From assembly GCA_964552755.1 (NCBI GenBank), contig CAZKHX010000001.1, positions 18,007 through 82,006 of the forward strand: a stretch of DNA of 64,000 nucleotides, read 5' to 3'. The first letter of the stretch is position 1, and each line of letters starts with the position of its first letter. Position numbers and translations under genes: made by a program. The stretch comes from Candidatus Micrarchaeota archaeon. GTDB taxonomy: Archaea; Micrarchaeota; Micrarchaeia; Anstonellales; Bilamarchaeaceae. Shown here piece by piece: positions 19,922-29,900 of this stretch. The notes under the pieces are model-generated. The model saw nothing but the letters and a program-made list of their open reading frames with translations, searched no databases and was not told where the DNA came from.

Positions 19922-21187
19922 ATGCGAAAGGCGCTTCTGCTACTGGCAGTGATTGCCCTGTGCCATGCAGGCGGCGCCTCCCCCAAAGTAGACCTCCCTG
20001 AGCTCGGGTTCGTATTCGTTGGCGCGGCAGTGCTCCTTTCCACGGCATTCATCGCGATAGCGTACATGGTCTCCAGCGCGTTCCAGAACCCGCAGGCGAT
20101 TGCATGGTCGAAGAACCAGCTGCGGGAACTGATTGTCGGGGTGTTCATAGTGGTACTGGTTGTCGGCGCGTACGTGGCGGCGAACGAGCTCATCTCCAGC
20201 ATGACCGGCTACCCCAACGCGGTGGAGCTGGGGGAGGACAACATCCGCGATATACTCGCCCCGATAGAAAAGATATACAAGAAGGTGGGCGAGGCCTATT
20301 TCACGCTCGGCCAGTACCAGGGCTCTTCCACCTCATACGTCTCTGGCAACCTCGGCTACATATACTATCATGAGTCCAAGAGCCCGTATTACGGGGTGAG
20401 CCCGGTGATGGGCAGCCTCAACCAGCAGACCTACCAGCTCACGATGCAGATACTCTCCTTCCGCTTCCTGCTTGTGCTTCTCCAGTACATAGACGTAGTG
20501 GTGCCGAATTTCCTCCTTCCGCTGGGCATGGCCTTCCGCGTGTTCCCGTTCACGAAAAAGATAGGGAACACGCTGATTGCGCTCGCTCTCGGCGCGCTCT
20601 TCATGCTGCCCGCGTCCCTGCTTGTGGTGGACGAGATGCGGAAGGCAATCACGTTCCAGCATGTGGACGCGGCCGCGCTCATGAGCTTCCAGGTGAGCAG
20701 CGCCATGGGCGAGATGACCGGCAGCGCCACAGGAGATGCGCTCTACAGCCTCCTCATATGGCCCTACCTGGTCGCAAAGGAAACCTGCGAAATAGCGACA
20801 GTCCGCACGTTCTTCTCTTTGGGGGAAATAGTGTGGGGCGTCATATATGCGACGCTTGCCGCGATAAAGTGCCTCGCCGGCTATGCGGCCTGCTGGGTGA
20901 TTGAGTTCAACTTCTTCGTGTTCTTCCTGTGGCCGTGGATAATGTTCTTTGCGCAGAACATACTCGCGGTGCTTGTCGCGATAGCCGGCACCCCGTCAGC
21001 GGGGTTCATCTACGACCTGCTGGTCGCGGACATAGTAAAATACCTATTCCCAGCGGTGAGCGAGCTCACCACCTTCTCCATAATGTCAATAATAGTGATA
21101 GCGGTAATCACGTTCACAGGAACGCGCTCGATATCTGTCGCCCTGGGAGGCGAGTACGCCCTTTCAGGGCTTTCGAGGCTGATATGA
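19922..21187 (+). CDS. Polytopic membrane protein, paralog 1 of 6 (CedA/VirB6-like motifs)
   Basis: YMVSSAFQNPQAIAWSKNQL hairpin; LLPLGMAFRVFPFTKKIGNTLIA; C-terminus LGGEYALSGLSRLI. Confidence 0.85.
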   Translation: MRKALLLLAVIALCHAGGASPKVDLPELGFVFVGAAVLLSTAFIAIAYMVSSAFQNPQAIAWSKNQLRELIVGVFIVVLVVGAYVAANELISSMTGYPNAVELGEDNIRDILAPIEKIYKKVGEAYFTLGQYQGSSTSYVSGNLGYIYYHESKSPYYGVSPVMGSLNQQTYQLTMQILSFRFLLVLLQYIDVVVPNFLLPLGMAFRVFPFTKKIGNTLIALALGALFMLPASLLVVDEMRKAITFQHVDAAALMSFQVSSAMGEMTGSATGDALYSLLIWPYLVAKETCEIATVRTFFSLGEIVWGVIYATLAAIKCLAGYAACWVIEFNFFVFFLWPWIMFFAQNILAVLVAIAGTPSAGFIYDLLVADIVKYLFPAVSELTTFSIMSIIVIAVITFTGTRSISVALGGEYALSGLSRLI

Positions 21188-22074
21188 TGAGGGCCGCGCT
21201 CTTCCTCCTGCTGCTTGCGCCGCTGTGCTCCGCGGCAACCTGCGACTTCGCGAGCGACGTGTTCGCGGATGCAATCCCGATAATCGCCGCTGCGATACTT
21301 TTCTCAGTGGCGCTTGCCGCAATAATGTACATGGCAGGCAGCGTGCTGCACGACCCCGGCCTGCACGTGGGCAGCAAGGACCTGCTGTTCCAGGCATTCG
21401 TCTCCATACTGCTAGTGCTCTTCATACAGGGGCTGTTCACCGGGCTGTGCCTCATGACGGCAGATTTCCTGGGAGGGCAGGATGCCCTCTCCACCGCAAT
21501 CTACGATCTGAGGCAGCTCAAGATTGAGGGTGCGCAGATACTCACCAACCTGATGAAGAAGGTGGTGAACGAGAAGTTCACCGCGGCGTATTTCTCCGGC
21601 TACTACATCCCGCTGAGCGGGGGCGAGACGTTTTTCCCCTACGGGGAGCACAACGCATATGCGCGCCATGCGGAAATCGTCTTCGACATGGCGATGATCG
21701 GCTACGTGAGCGTGGGCATACAGAGCATGATACTGAAAGGGATACGGGACCTCACGCTCGCGATACTGCTCCCGTTCGGGCTGATACTGCGCTCCCTCCC
21801 CAAGCTCAGGGAGGGCGGCAACATCCTCATCGCGCTCGCTCTCGCATTATATGTGGTATTGCCGTTTGCGTATGCTGTGAATTCCACCGCTGCGGACATC
21901 ATCCCTGATTTCTGCGACGGCGATGACGGGGTGTTCGGCGCATGCGGGGATGGGTACGGGTTCGGCACGGTCGGGCTCTACCTGTTCCGTACGGTATTCC
22001 TACCGAACCTCGCGCTGGTGATTTTCGCAACTTCCGCAGGCGCGCTGGTGAAAGTCGCGAAGGTGATTCCATGA
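21184..22074 (+). CDS. Polytopic membrane protein, paralog 2
   Basis: ATGA overlap with the previous stop; YMAGSVLHDP..SKD; LLPFGLILRSLPKLREGGNILIA. Confidence 0.85.
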   Translation: MMRAALFLLLLAPLCSAATCDFASDVFADAIPIIAAAILFSVALAAIMYMAGSVLHDPGLHVGSKDLLFQAFVSILLVLFIQGLFTGLCLMTADFLGGQDALSTAIYDLRQLKIEGAQILTNLMKKVVNEKFTAAYFSGYYIPLSGGETFFPYGEHNAYARHAEIVFDMAMIGYVSVGIQSMILKGIRDLTLAILLPFGLILRSLPKLREGGNILIALALALYVVLPFAYAVNSTAADIIPDFCDGDDGVFGACGDGYGFGTVGLYLFRTVFLPNLALVIFATSAGALVKVAKVIP

Positions 22075-23879
22075 ACAGGCGCATAGCGGCATTGCTGCTC
22101 CTCGCGATATTCCTTTTCGGGTGCGCCACGGAAGGCACTGCGACCGAAAGCGCGATAATCGAGGCGCAGGAGCGCGACACGCTCGTAGGCAACATGGTCG
22201 CGAACTGGGAGCTCTTCGCGGTAATGCTGATGCTCATCTCCGTGGGCCTTGTCGCAATGGCGTATGCGATTTCCATCTCCTTCAACCTCCCCGACCTGAG
22301 GGCATGGGCGGACGTTGAGCTCTCGGAAGTGTTCACCACCGCGCTCATAGTGATTTTCATAATCGCGATACTGGTATTCGTGGATGTTACTGCCGGCGCG
22401 ATGGTTGCAAGCGAGCCGATGTTCGCAGGGACGTGCGACCCGATGCTGAATCCCGAGGCCGGGCATGCCTTCTGCCCGTCCCTGCTCGCAAAGGAATACA
22501 TCGGCCAGTACGTGGATGCGGCGGAAACGCTTTACGAAAAGCTCACCAAGCGCGCGATAAACAAGGCGCAGGATGCGACCTACTCCTCCGGGCTCGGCAT
22601 CTCTTACCAGATTTACCTCTACCTCTCCATCTCATGGAGGAACCAGCCGTGGGAGATGATGAATGTGGAGCGGCTGGAGCAGCTAATCAATTTCACCGGC
22701 ATGGTGCTGGGCGCGCTGCACACGCAGAGGTTCCTGATAGATTCCATGTCGCTCGGCTTCGGGCCGATTGCCCTGCTCCTTGGCATAGTGTTCCGCTCGT
22801 TCTTCGTAACGCGCAAGATGGGCGGCCTGCTGATGGCATTTGGAATTGGGTTCATGCTGGTCTACCCCGCGTCGTATGCGCTAGGCTGGTTCACGCTTAA
22901 CGTTGCGATTTACGGAGTGGAGAACGTTGCGAGCGGCCCCACGGGCACATGCCCGCAGTCCTGCCTGCAGGCCCCTCCTTCCGGCTTCTACACCGACACG
23001 CTGGAGCCCGCGGCGTACAATGACGTTTATGCGGCCGCACTGGAAGAGGCGGACGGGGATGCGGAAGCGGCAAATGATGTCCTCCGCGGGTTCTTCAATG
23101 GCTCTACCCAGCGCCTCGGGGGCATTGAGTCGTGCGAATACTACGGCAATGAAGATGCGCTGAACTGCAGCTCCGCATGCAGGAGCCTCCCCTACCCGAT
23201 GCAGTCCTCGGGCTGCGCCGCGCGGGAGGCGGCATGCGCGGAGATGCCCGATGCGTGCATAATTTCGCACTATTACGATTCCGCGGACCCGGTGCTCCAG
23301 AACATAGATGCCGCAGCGGAGGTGAAGGCATGCCCGGCGGACTGCCAGCCCCTCGTGCCGATGAAGAGGGACTGCATCGAGGAATACGGGTATTCATGCC
23401 CGTCCCAGTGCAGGTACGTGATACTGGATACCGGGACCGGCGCGACAAAGACCGAGCCGGGGTGCTGGTGCACCGAATATTACCCAACTAATGCGCTCGA
23501 GCTATGGAGCGGAGCCCGCGCGGAGGAGAGCTGCGTGTACATAATTCCGGAAAAGGTCTATGACCAGCCGACCTACTGCAATGACTGCAGCTACACACTC
23601 GATCCCGGGCTTGCGTACAAGCCGCAGGTGTTCGTGGACTGCACTTCCCTTTGCGGCTCATCCACCAACCCCACCATAAACACCGAGGACCCGGCAACCG
23701 CTTCGAACAAGGTGGACGGGTTCATAGGGAACTCGGACATCAAGTCCGCGGCGAAGCTGGTGGTCCCCGCGTTCCTGCTGCCGCTGTTCAACCTCGCGGT
23801 AACCTTCATATTCATACAGACGCTTTCCCCGATGCTCGGCGGGGACATCGACATACCGGGCATGATGAGGCTGATATGA
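22071..23879 (+). CDS. Polytopic membrane protein, paralog 3, with lipobox-like signal and large Cys-rich insertion
   Basis: LFGC; YAISISFNLPDLRAWADVEL; LLLGIVFRSFFVTRKMGGLLMA; LGGDIDIPGMMRLI. Confidence 0.85.
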   Translation: MNRRIAALLLLAIFLFGCATEGTATESAIIEAQERDTLVGNMVANWELFAVMLMLISVGLVAMAYAISISFNLPDLRAWADVELSEVFTTALIVIFIIAILVFVDVTAGAMVASEPMFAGTCDPMLNPEAGHAFCPSLLAKEYIGQYVDAAETLYEKLTKRAINKAQDATYSSGLGISYQIYLYLSISWRNQPWEMMNVERLEQLINFTGMVLGALHTQRFLIDSMSLGFGPIALLLGIVFRSFFVTRKMGGLLMAFGIGFMLVYPASYALGWFTLNVAIYGVENVASGPTGTCPQSCLQAPPSGFYTDTLEPAAYNDVYAAALEEADGDAEAANDVLRGFFNGSTQRLGGIESCEYYGNEDALNCSSACRSLPYPMQSSGCAAREAACAEMPDACIISHYYDSADPVLQNIDAAAEVKACPADCQPLVPMKRDCIEEYGYSCPSQCRYVILDTGTGATKTEPGCWCTEYYPTNALELWSGARAEESCVYIIPEKVYDQPTYCNDCSYTLDPGLAYKPQVFVDCTSLCGSSTNPTINTEDPATASNKVDGFIGNSDIKSAAKLVVPAFLLPLFNLAVTFIFIQTLSPMLGGDIDIPGMMRLI

Positions 23880-24922
23880 TGAGGAAGCTGCTGCTGTTCG
23901 TGCTGCTGGCCGTTGCGGCCTGCTGGGCTGCCGAGCCCTATGAATGGCAGGCGCTCTCCATCATGGCGGTGTTCGTCGCGTTCATAGTCCTGGTAATCCT
24001 GTACATGCTCACCTACCTTGCGAATTCGCCGGAAATGCGCACAATGGTGAGCAGCGAGATGTACCAGGTGATATTCACCCTTTTCATAATCGCGATATTC
24101 ATCGGGGTGGAGGCGTTCTCCGCGGAAGTGATCGGGCCGGCTTTCGGCCTCGATTTCGGGGCGGCGGAGGGCCAGAACCAGATAGACTACGCACTGGAGG
24201 TCACGGGCGGCCCGGACGCATCCGACGGCCTCATCGCCTACCAGTGGGGCGAGATGCTCTCCTTCGCAAACAACGTGGTCTCGCCGCTGGGCACGCTTTC
24301 CGCGCTGAGCGCAAGGTGCTCGTTCCTCGGGTTCTCCTTCGGGTTCGCGGGCTGCGCAGGGCTTGCGGTGCCGTTCGCCTCCGCGTCCCTCGCAATGCGC
24401 GTGCTCTCAACCTCGCTGCTTATGCTCAATTCACAATACTTCCTGCTGAAGCTCGCGCAGGGCTTCTTCTTCCCGGTGCTGCTGCCGGTGGGGCTGTTCC
24501 TGCGCTCGTTCCACGTCACTAGGGGCGCGGGCGCCCTCCTCATTGCAATTGCCGCGGCATTCTATTTCATGTACCCGGTCGGCGTGCTCGTGACAAAGGG
24601 GATGGCGGACATGGTGGACTACCCGGACCCGGACATCCCGCACTTCGAGGCGCCGGACCCGACCGAGGCAGGGGAAATCCTTGGCGTGGACCTGCCCCCG
24701 GACGTCGACTGCAACCCCTTCGACAATGACTACAAATACACGAAAAGCGCGATGAACAAGCTGCTTGATGACGATTTCCTGCAGCCCATGCTGTTCCACT
24801 TCATGATTGCCGGCCTGCTGAATACTGCCCTGAGCCTTATGATAGCCCTCTCCGTTGTCGGGGGGCTTGCGAGGCTGTTCGGCGCGGAGGTTGACGTTTC
24901 CGCGCTTGCGAGGATGATATGA
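23876..24922 (+). CDS. Polytopic membrane protein, paralog 4
   Basis: YMLTYLANSPEMRTMVSSEMYQ; LLPVGLFLRSFHVTRGAGALLIA; FGAEVDVSALARMI. Confidence 0.85.
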   Translation: MMRKLLLFVLLAVAACWAAEPYEWQALSIMAVFVAFIVLVILYMLTYLANSPEMRTMVSSEMYQVIFTLFIIAIFIGVEAFSAEVIGPAFGLDFGAAEGQNQIDYALEVTGGPDASDGLIAYQWGEMLSFANNVVSPLGTLSALSARCSFLGFSFGFAGCAGLAVPFASASLAMRVLSTSLLMLNSQYFLLKLAQGFFFPVLLPVGLFLRSFHVTRGAGALLIAIAAAFYFMYPVGVLVTKGMADMVDYPDPDIPHFEAPDPTEAGEILGVDLPPDVDCNPFDNDYKYTKSAMNKLLDDDFLQPMLFHFMIAGLLNTALSLMIALSVVGGLARLFGAEVDVSALARMI

Positions 24923-25932
24923 TGGGATGCCCTATTGACCTTTCAGGAGTTTACGGCCTTTCGGTGCTGGCACTGGGCATTACATTGATTGCCGTGGGGC
25001 TTGCTTATGCGCTCGGGCAGATGCTCAGGAACCCGCGCTTCAACGTTTGGGCAAAGACGGAAGTGTTCCAGGTATTCGTTACATTCGTGCTGGTGATTGT
25101 CACGCTTTTCCTTGTGGACAGCCTGTGCACGTTCCAGTATGGCGCGCTCACCTCGCTTGCGCCCATCTCGGTTGAGGCGTATGAGCATCCCGCAATATCG
25201 GATACGGACGTGGTGGCGGACGCCGCGGGAGGCTACCTCAAGAACCTCGCGTATTTCGCGCACATAGCAATGGGCAACTCCCGCGCGGTTTACGGCGGGC
25301 TGGAGAAGGCGCTGCGCTATAGCCGCTCCCCATGCATGCCCGCGTGGCTCCTCTGCATGCTCGGGCCGAACGGGTACACGCTCGCGCCCTACAGGGGCGG
25401 CTCCGGATGGATACAGGTCGCGAACCTCACCCTCTACACAGACACAATCTCATATCTCACGGTGCTTGCGCAGCTTGCGCTGCTGCAGTTCATACTCGGG
25501 GGCGGGCTCGCGGTGCTGATGCCCGCGGCAATAATCATACGCTCCCTCCCGTTCATGCGGATATTCGGGGGAGGCCTGCTCGCGATATGCATATCCCTGC
25601 TCATAGTCTACCCGTTCCTGCTGATGGCGGAATCGCTTTTCTGGAACCCGTATGAGATGATAGGGCAGGAGAATTTCGATGGCCTGGAAGACCTTGCAGG
25701 GAAGGCGCGCGATGCCAGCCACTCCGATGACCTCACGCTTTGGTCGGGAGGCGACGGCTATTCCAAGCTGCAGAGGTACTTCGACCAGGTGTTCCTCGGC
25801 TCGTCCGCCACATTCATGTCCTCGACTTTCCTGTTCATGCTGAACGTGCTTGTGATTACTGCCTCCGCGAGGGAGTTCGGCCGCGTGCTCGGAGTCGAGG
25901 TTGACATGAGCCGGCTGATGCAGATAGTGTAG
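24919..25932 (+). CDS. Polytopic membrane protein, paralog 5
   Basis: YALGQMLRNPRFNVWAKTEVFQ; LMPAAIIIRSLPFMRIFGGGLLA; LGVEVDMSRLMQIV. Confidence 0.85.
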   Translation: MMGCPIDLSGVYGLSVLALGITLIAVGLAYALGQMLRNPRFNVWAKTEVFQVFVTFVLVIVTLFLVDSLCTFQYGALTSLAPISVEAYEHPAISDTDVVADAAGGYLKNLAYFAHIAMGNSRAVYGGLEKALRYSRSPCMPAWLLCMLGPNGYTLAPYRGGSGWIQVANLTLYTDTISYLTVLAQLALLQFILGGGLAVLMPAAIIIRSLPFMRIFGGGLLAICISLLIVYPFLLMAESLFWNPYEMIGQENFDGLEDLAGKARDASHSDDLTLWSGGDGYSKLQRYFDQVFLGSSATFMSSTFLFMLNVLVITASAREFGRVLGVEVDMSRLMQIV

Positions 25933-25940
25933 GTGATGAG

Positions 25941-26954
25941 ATGACTGCAGGCGTTGATGAGATGCTCGGGACGGTTTTCCTCAGCCAGTGGGTTGCGCAA
26001 ATGGGCTGGTTCACCAATGCGGTGCTCGCGGTCATCGTCACCGCCTTCATATTCGGGATAATCTACGTGATTGCGTACGCAATCAACTCCTTCCCGCTGA
26101 GGAGGTACGCGACATCGGAGTTCCTGCAGCTCGCGGCTACCGCGCTGATGGTAATCGGGCTGGTGGCCTTCATCCAATTGGGCTCTGCCGCGGTTTCCAC
26201 CTCCCTCGAGGGACTGGGCGTGCCATGCATGGGCGAAACATATGTTGAGCCGATAAGCGCCGCGATGTGCAAGACGGAAGAGCGGCTGATATTCTTCGAT
26301 GAGGCATGGAGCTTCCTGCGCGAGGACGTGCGCGGGGCGGAATGGTTCTACTACTTCACGATTTCCTATTACGGCGTGCCGCTGTTCCAGGGGCTTTGGG
26401 TGGCGTCAATCCACAGGCAGGTGGAGACCGCGCACTACCTTGCGTACAAGATAGTGTCCATACAGCTTTCCCTCAATGCGCAGATGTTCCTGCTGAAATA
26501 CATACGGGAAAACATGCTCACCATCTTCCTGCCGCTGGGGATAATACTGCGCACGTTCTATTTCACGCGCGGCATAGGCGGGTTCTTCATAGCGCTGGCG
26601 CTGTCCCTGTATTTCATATACCCCACAGCGCTGTTCATCATGACCGCGGTTTCCATCGGGCCGCCGGCCGTGCCGGTCCCCTCGCTTACCACAGTGGGCA
26701 TCTGCGACCTTCCAATGTACTCCGGAATGGCGTTCGGCTCCGCGAACCTTGCGACCATGGCCGGCACGGGCGGGAGCACGATGGCCTCCGCAAGCGTGAA
26801 CACAATCGCATCCTTTGTGAATACGGTATTCGTGAGGATGTTCTATGAGAACATGGTCGCGTTTGCGATTGCGCTTACCGCGCTCCGCTACGCAGGGGTG
26901 CTGCTTGGCACCGAGACAGGGGTGTTCCTGCACATGGTTTCGAGGTGGATATGA
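25941..26954 (+). CDS. Polytopic membrane protein, paralog 6
   Basis: YVIAYAINSFPLRRYATSEFLQ; FLPLGIILRTFYFTRGIGGFFIA; LGTETGVFLHMVSRWI. Confidence 0.85.
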   Translation: MTAGVDEMLGTVFLSQWVAQMGWFTNAVLAVIVTAFIFGIIYVIAYAINSFPLRRYATSEFLQLAATALMVIGLVAFIQLGSAAVSTSLEGLGVPCMGETYVEPISAAMCKTEERLIFFDEAWSFLREDVRGAEWFYYFTISYYGVPLFQGLWVASIHRQVETAHYLAYKIVSIQLSLNAQMFLLKYIRENMLTIFLPLGIILRTFYFTRGIGGFFIALALSLYFIYPTALFIMTAVSIGPPAVPVPSLTTVGICDLPMYSGMAFGSANLATMAGTGGSTMASASVNTIASFVNTVFVRMFYENMVAFAIALTALRYAGVLLGTETGVFLHMVSRWI

Positions 26955-29900
26955 TGAAAAAGCTTCTTGCGCTGCCCGCAATCGCCTTCCTTTTCCTTCT
27001 GGGGTGCAACGCGCCCACTTACCAGGATTGCTGCCTTTACGCGAACGCAAGCGATAGCGGCATCTGCGTGATGCTGAACGGCACAATCTACGATGACAGC
27101 ACCTGCGACATGGAACTGCTCACCTGCAACGTGACGCTGGACGACAGGGAGCTGGAGATCCCCCTCTGCCCGAAAGTGGACAAGGTTAGATGCAACACCT
27201 CCTGCGTGGGCGTGTTCTGCGGCAGCTTCGACTACGACCCGAGGCCGCTGCCCAGCCCCGCGGATGACATGCAGAGCGACGATGAGGAATCGCAGGAGCG
27301 GGTGACTGCAGGCTCCGCTTCCGAGCGCGGGCCGATAAACCTTTTCCAGTCCGAGTGCAGGGTGAAGAACATCACCCCCGCGTTCCTGCGCGCCGCGAAG
27401 AGCACGGGCGGGTTCACGCTCAACGTGTTTCGCTTCGGGGTCGGGAACTCCTTCGCGGAATTCGACGAGGCGATGGCATACTTCCCGCTCACCGACCTCT
27501 CCTGCAGGATAAACATGTACGGGACGAAGGACCGCTACGTGAACTACGTGCTGCCGAACAGCATAGACGGCTCGGAAAAGCTGTGCAGGTTCACCGGCAT
27601 CCTTGACGCGATGTATATCTGCAATATTGATTCCACAATCGAGTCGCACAGCTATTACGACTGCGCGAGCAGATGCGCGCTCGCATACCAGGGCTACGAG
27701 CCCAATGTGGACCCGGACAACCCCTACCCTACGGAGAACGAGGCCGGGGAGCTCGTGGGCAACCCGTTCTCGTACGGGATTTACGGCACCTATTCGCTTG
27801 CTCCGGCCGAGCCGCTTGTGCTGAGCAGCAAGTACCGCGACCAGGTTGACATGTCCGGCATCACGTTCACTTCCACCTCGCCATTCAAGGACGAGTACCA
27901 GCCGGGCTACAACTTCTACGGCGCGACCTTCAGGAAATCCGATTCGCTCAGCGCGGAGAGGGGGGGAATAGACTGGGCAGTCGCAAGATACGGCCTGCCC
28001 ATTTTCTTCACCGATTCCATATACGACTATTACTCCGGGGAGATGGAGGACACGGACTCCATGGAGTTCTCCGGCTCCACCACCGTTTTCACCACCGCGG
28101 AGCAGGACCTGCACGGCGCGTACATCCCGCTGCTCACCCACCACTCGGTTTATGCGGACCAGCTTGCCGAGGGCCACAGGCTAGACAACGGCTCATGGAT
28201 GCCGGGCGCGGAGTTCGAGTGTGCGGACAATTCCGAATGCATCTCCGGCTTCTGCAACACTTTCGACTACCACCGGGGCAACTGCATCCCCAAGGACAAG
28301 TGGATTCTGGGCGAATATATCTCCAACTATGAAGTGCCGTGCGGCTGCTGGGAATACCAGGGCGAGACGCTCTGCCCAGGGATGCAGAGCTATGAGGCGC
28401 AGGCATGGGACGACACAAGCGAAAGGGTGCGCGCGACCGCAGCGCTTTCCGCCCCCGTGCGTGCGCACAAAGAGCTGGAGGTGCTCACCCCGCTGCGGAG
28501 CATGCCCTCCAAGGGCCGCGTGTTTTCCCATGAGGATGATGAGACCGGGGAAACCATCCCCTACGTAGTGATACAGGTCGGCGGGGAAAGCAGGCACCCT
28601 ACTTACGGGTACACTAATTTCGGAGCCCTGGACATGGCAGGCGTGTTCGATGATGAATCGTACAGGGCCGCGATGGCAGCATGGCTCATGGCCGTCGATG
28701 CAAGAACCCTTACCATCGACCAGGCGCTTTCCCGTGACAAGTGGGGCCAGTGCGGCACGGACTGCGGCAAGTTCTACACGACCTTTGCGGAGGCATGCAT
28801 GCCCGAATGGGATTCCGACCCGGATGCGTATGACTATTTCCACATGTGCAGGGAGTTCCCCGAGGTTTCCGGCGGCTCTGCACCCCCCGCCGCAGTCTAC
28901 GGGAAAAAAGTGTCCCCTTCCACCGGGGAAGCGGTGGATTCCGGCTTCTGCGCCTCCCTCAACGGGAACAGCGAGCTGTACGATGAGGTCTTCTGCTATG
29001 AGCGCAACATAGACGATGACTGCGTAGCATGGTCCACTACCGCGATAGTTGTAGAGCCGCGCCCGGTTACTTACCGCGATGAGGAGGGCAGGGAAATTGC
29101 AGGCTATGCTTTCGGCAACTGCCTTGCGGACGAGGACGGCACGGAGCTGCTCACGCACACCTACGGGATTTGCGAGCAGTGCACCTTCCTCACGCTCGCG
29201 AAGCAGGAAATCGTTCCCCTCCCGCAGGACGAGGACGACCCGGGCTACCCAGGGAGCGGCGACAGGGAGGACAACAAGTACTGCCCGAACGTGGTGGTGG
29301 AGACGCCCTACGAGCCGAACGACCCTGCAGTAACGAAATTCGGGAGCCTCGGCCCTTATGACGAGTGGCAGGTTGGCGGCACTCACGGCACCGAGGACTA
29401 TTCTCAGTGCTACATGCCGGACTATTCCGAGAACGGCCTGCAGGAAGCCTGGGCCGACTACCTGCCCAACGCATACTACCTTAAGAGGAAAACCGAGAGC
29501 TACCTAGTGCGGGGCGTGATGCCCGTAATCGTCGCGACCAACGACAGCCTCTGGGAGGCATACACGAGCCCCGGGGGCGAGAGAGACTGGGCGCTGATGG
29601 CGTATTATTGGAACCACATCACGAGGGATGACGAAGGATATGCGCGGGTAACTATAGACGCGAGCCACCCCTACATGATTGAGCTTGCGGAGAACGAGCC
29701 GCAGCTGCTGGAGCAGTTCGCGCAGCATGACGAGGCCGGGGAATACTATGCCTTCGGAGGCCCGCTGCTCCTGAACGGCATACAGGACATGGGCGCCGCG
29801 ATAATCATCGTCGGGAACCAGGACCTTGGCGACTGGAGCAGCATACCCCTGTTCGGCGCTTACAGTGCCGGGGGCGGGGCAAGCAACAGGGACAGGGCCA

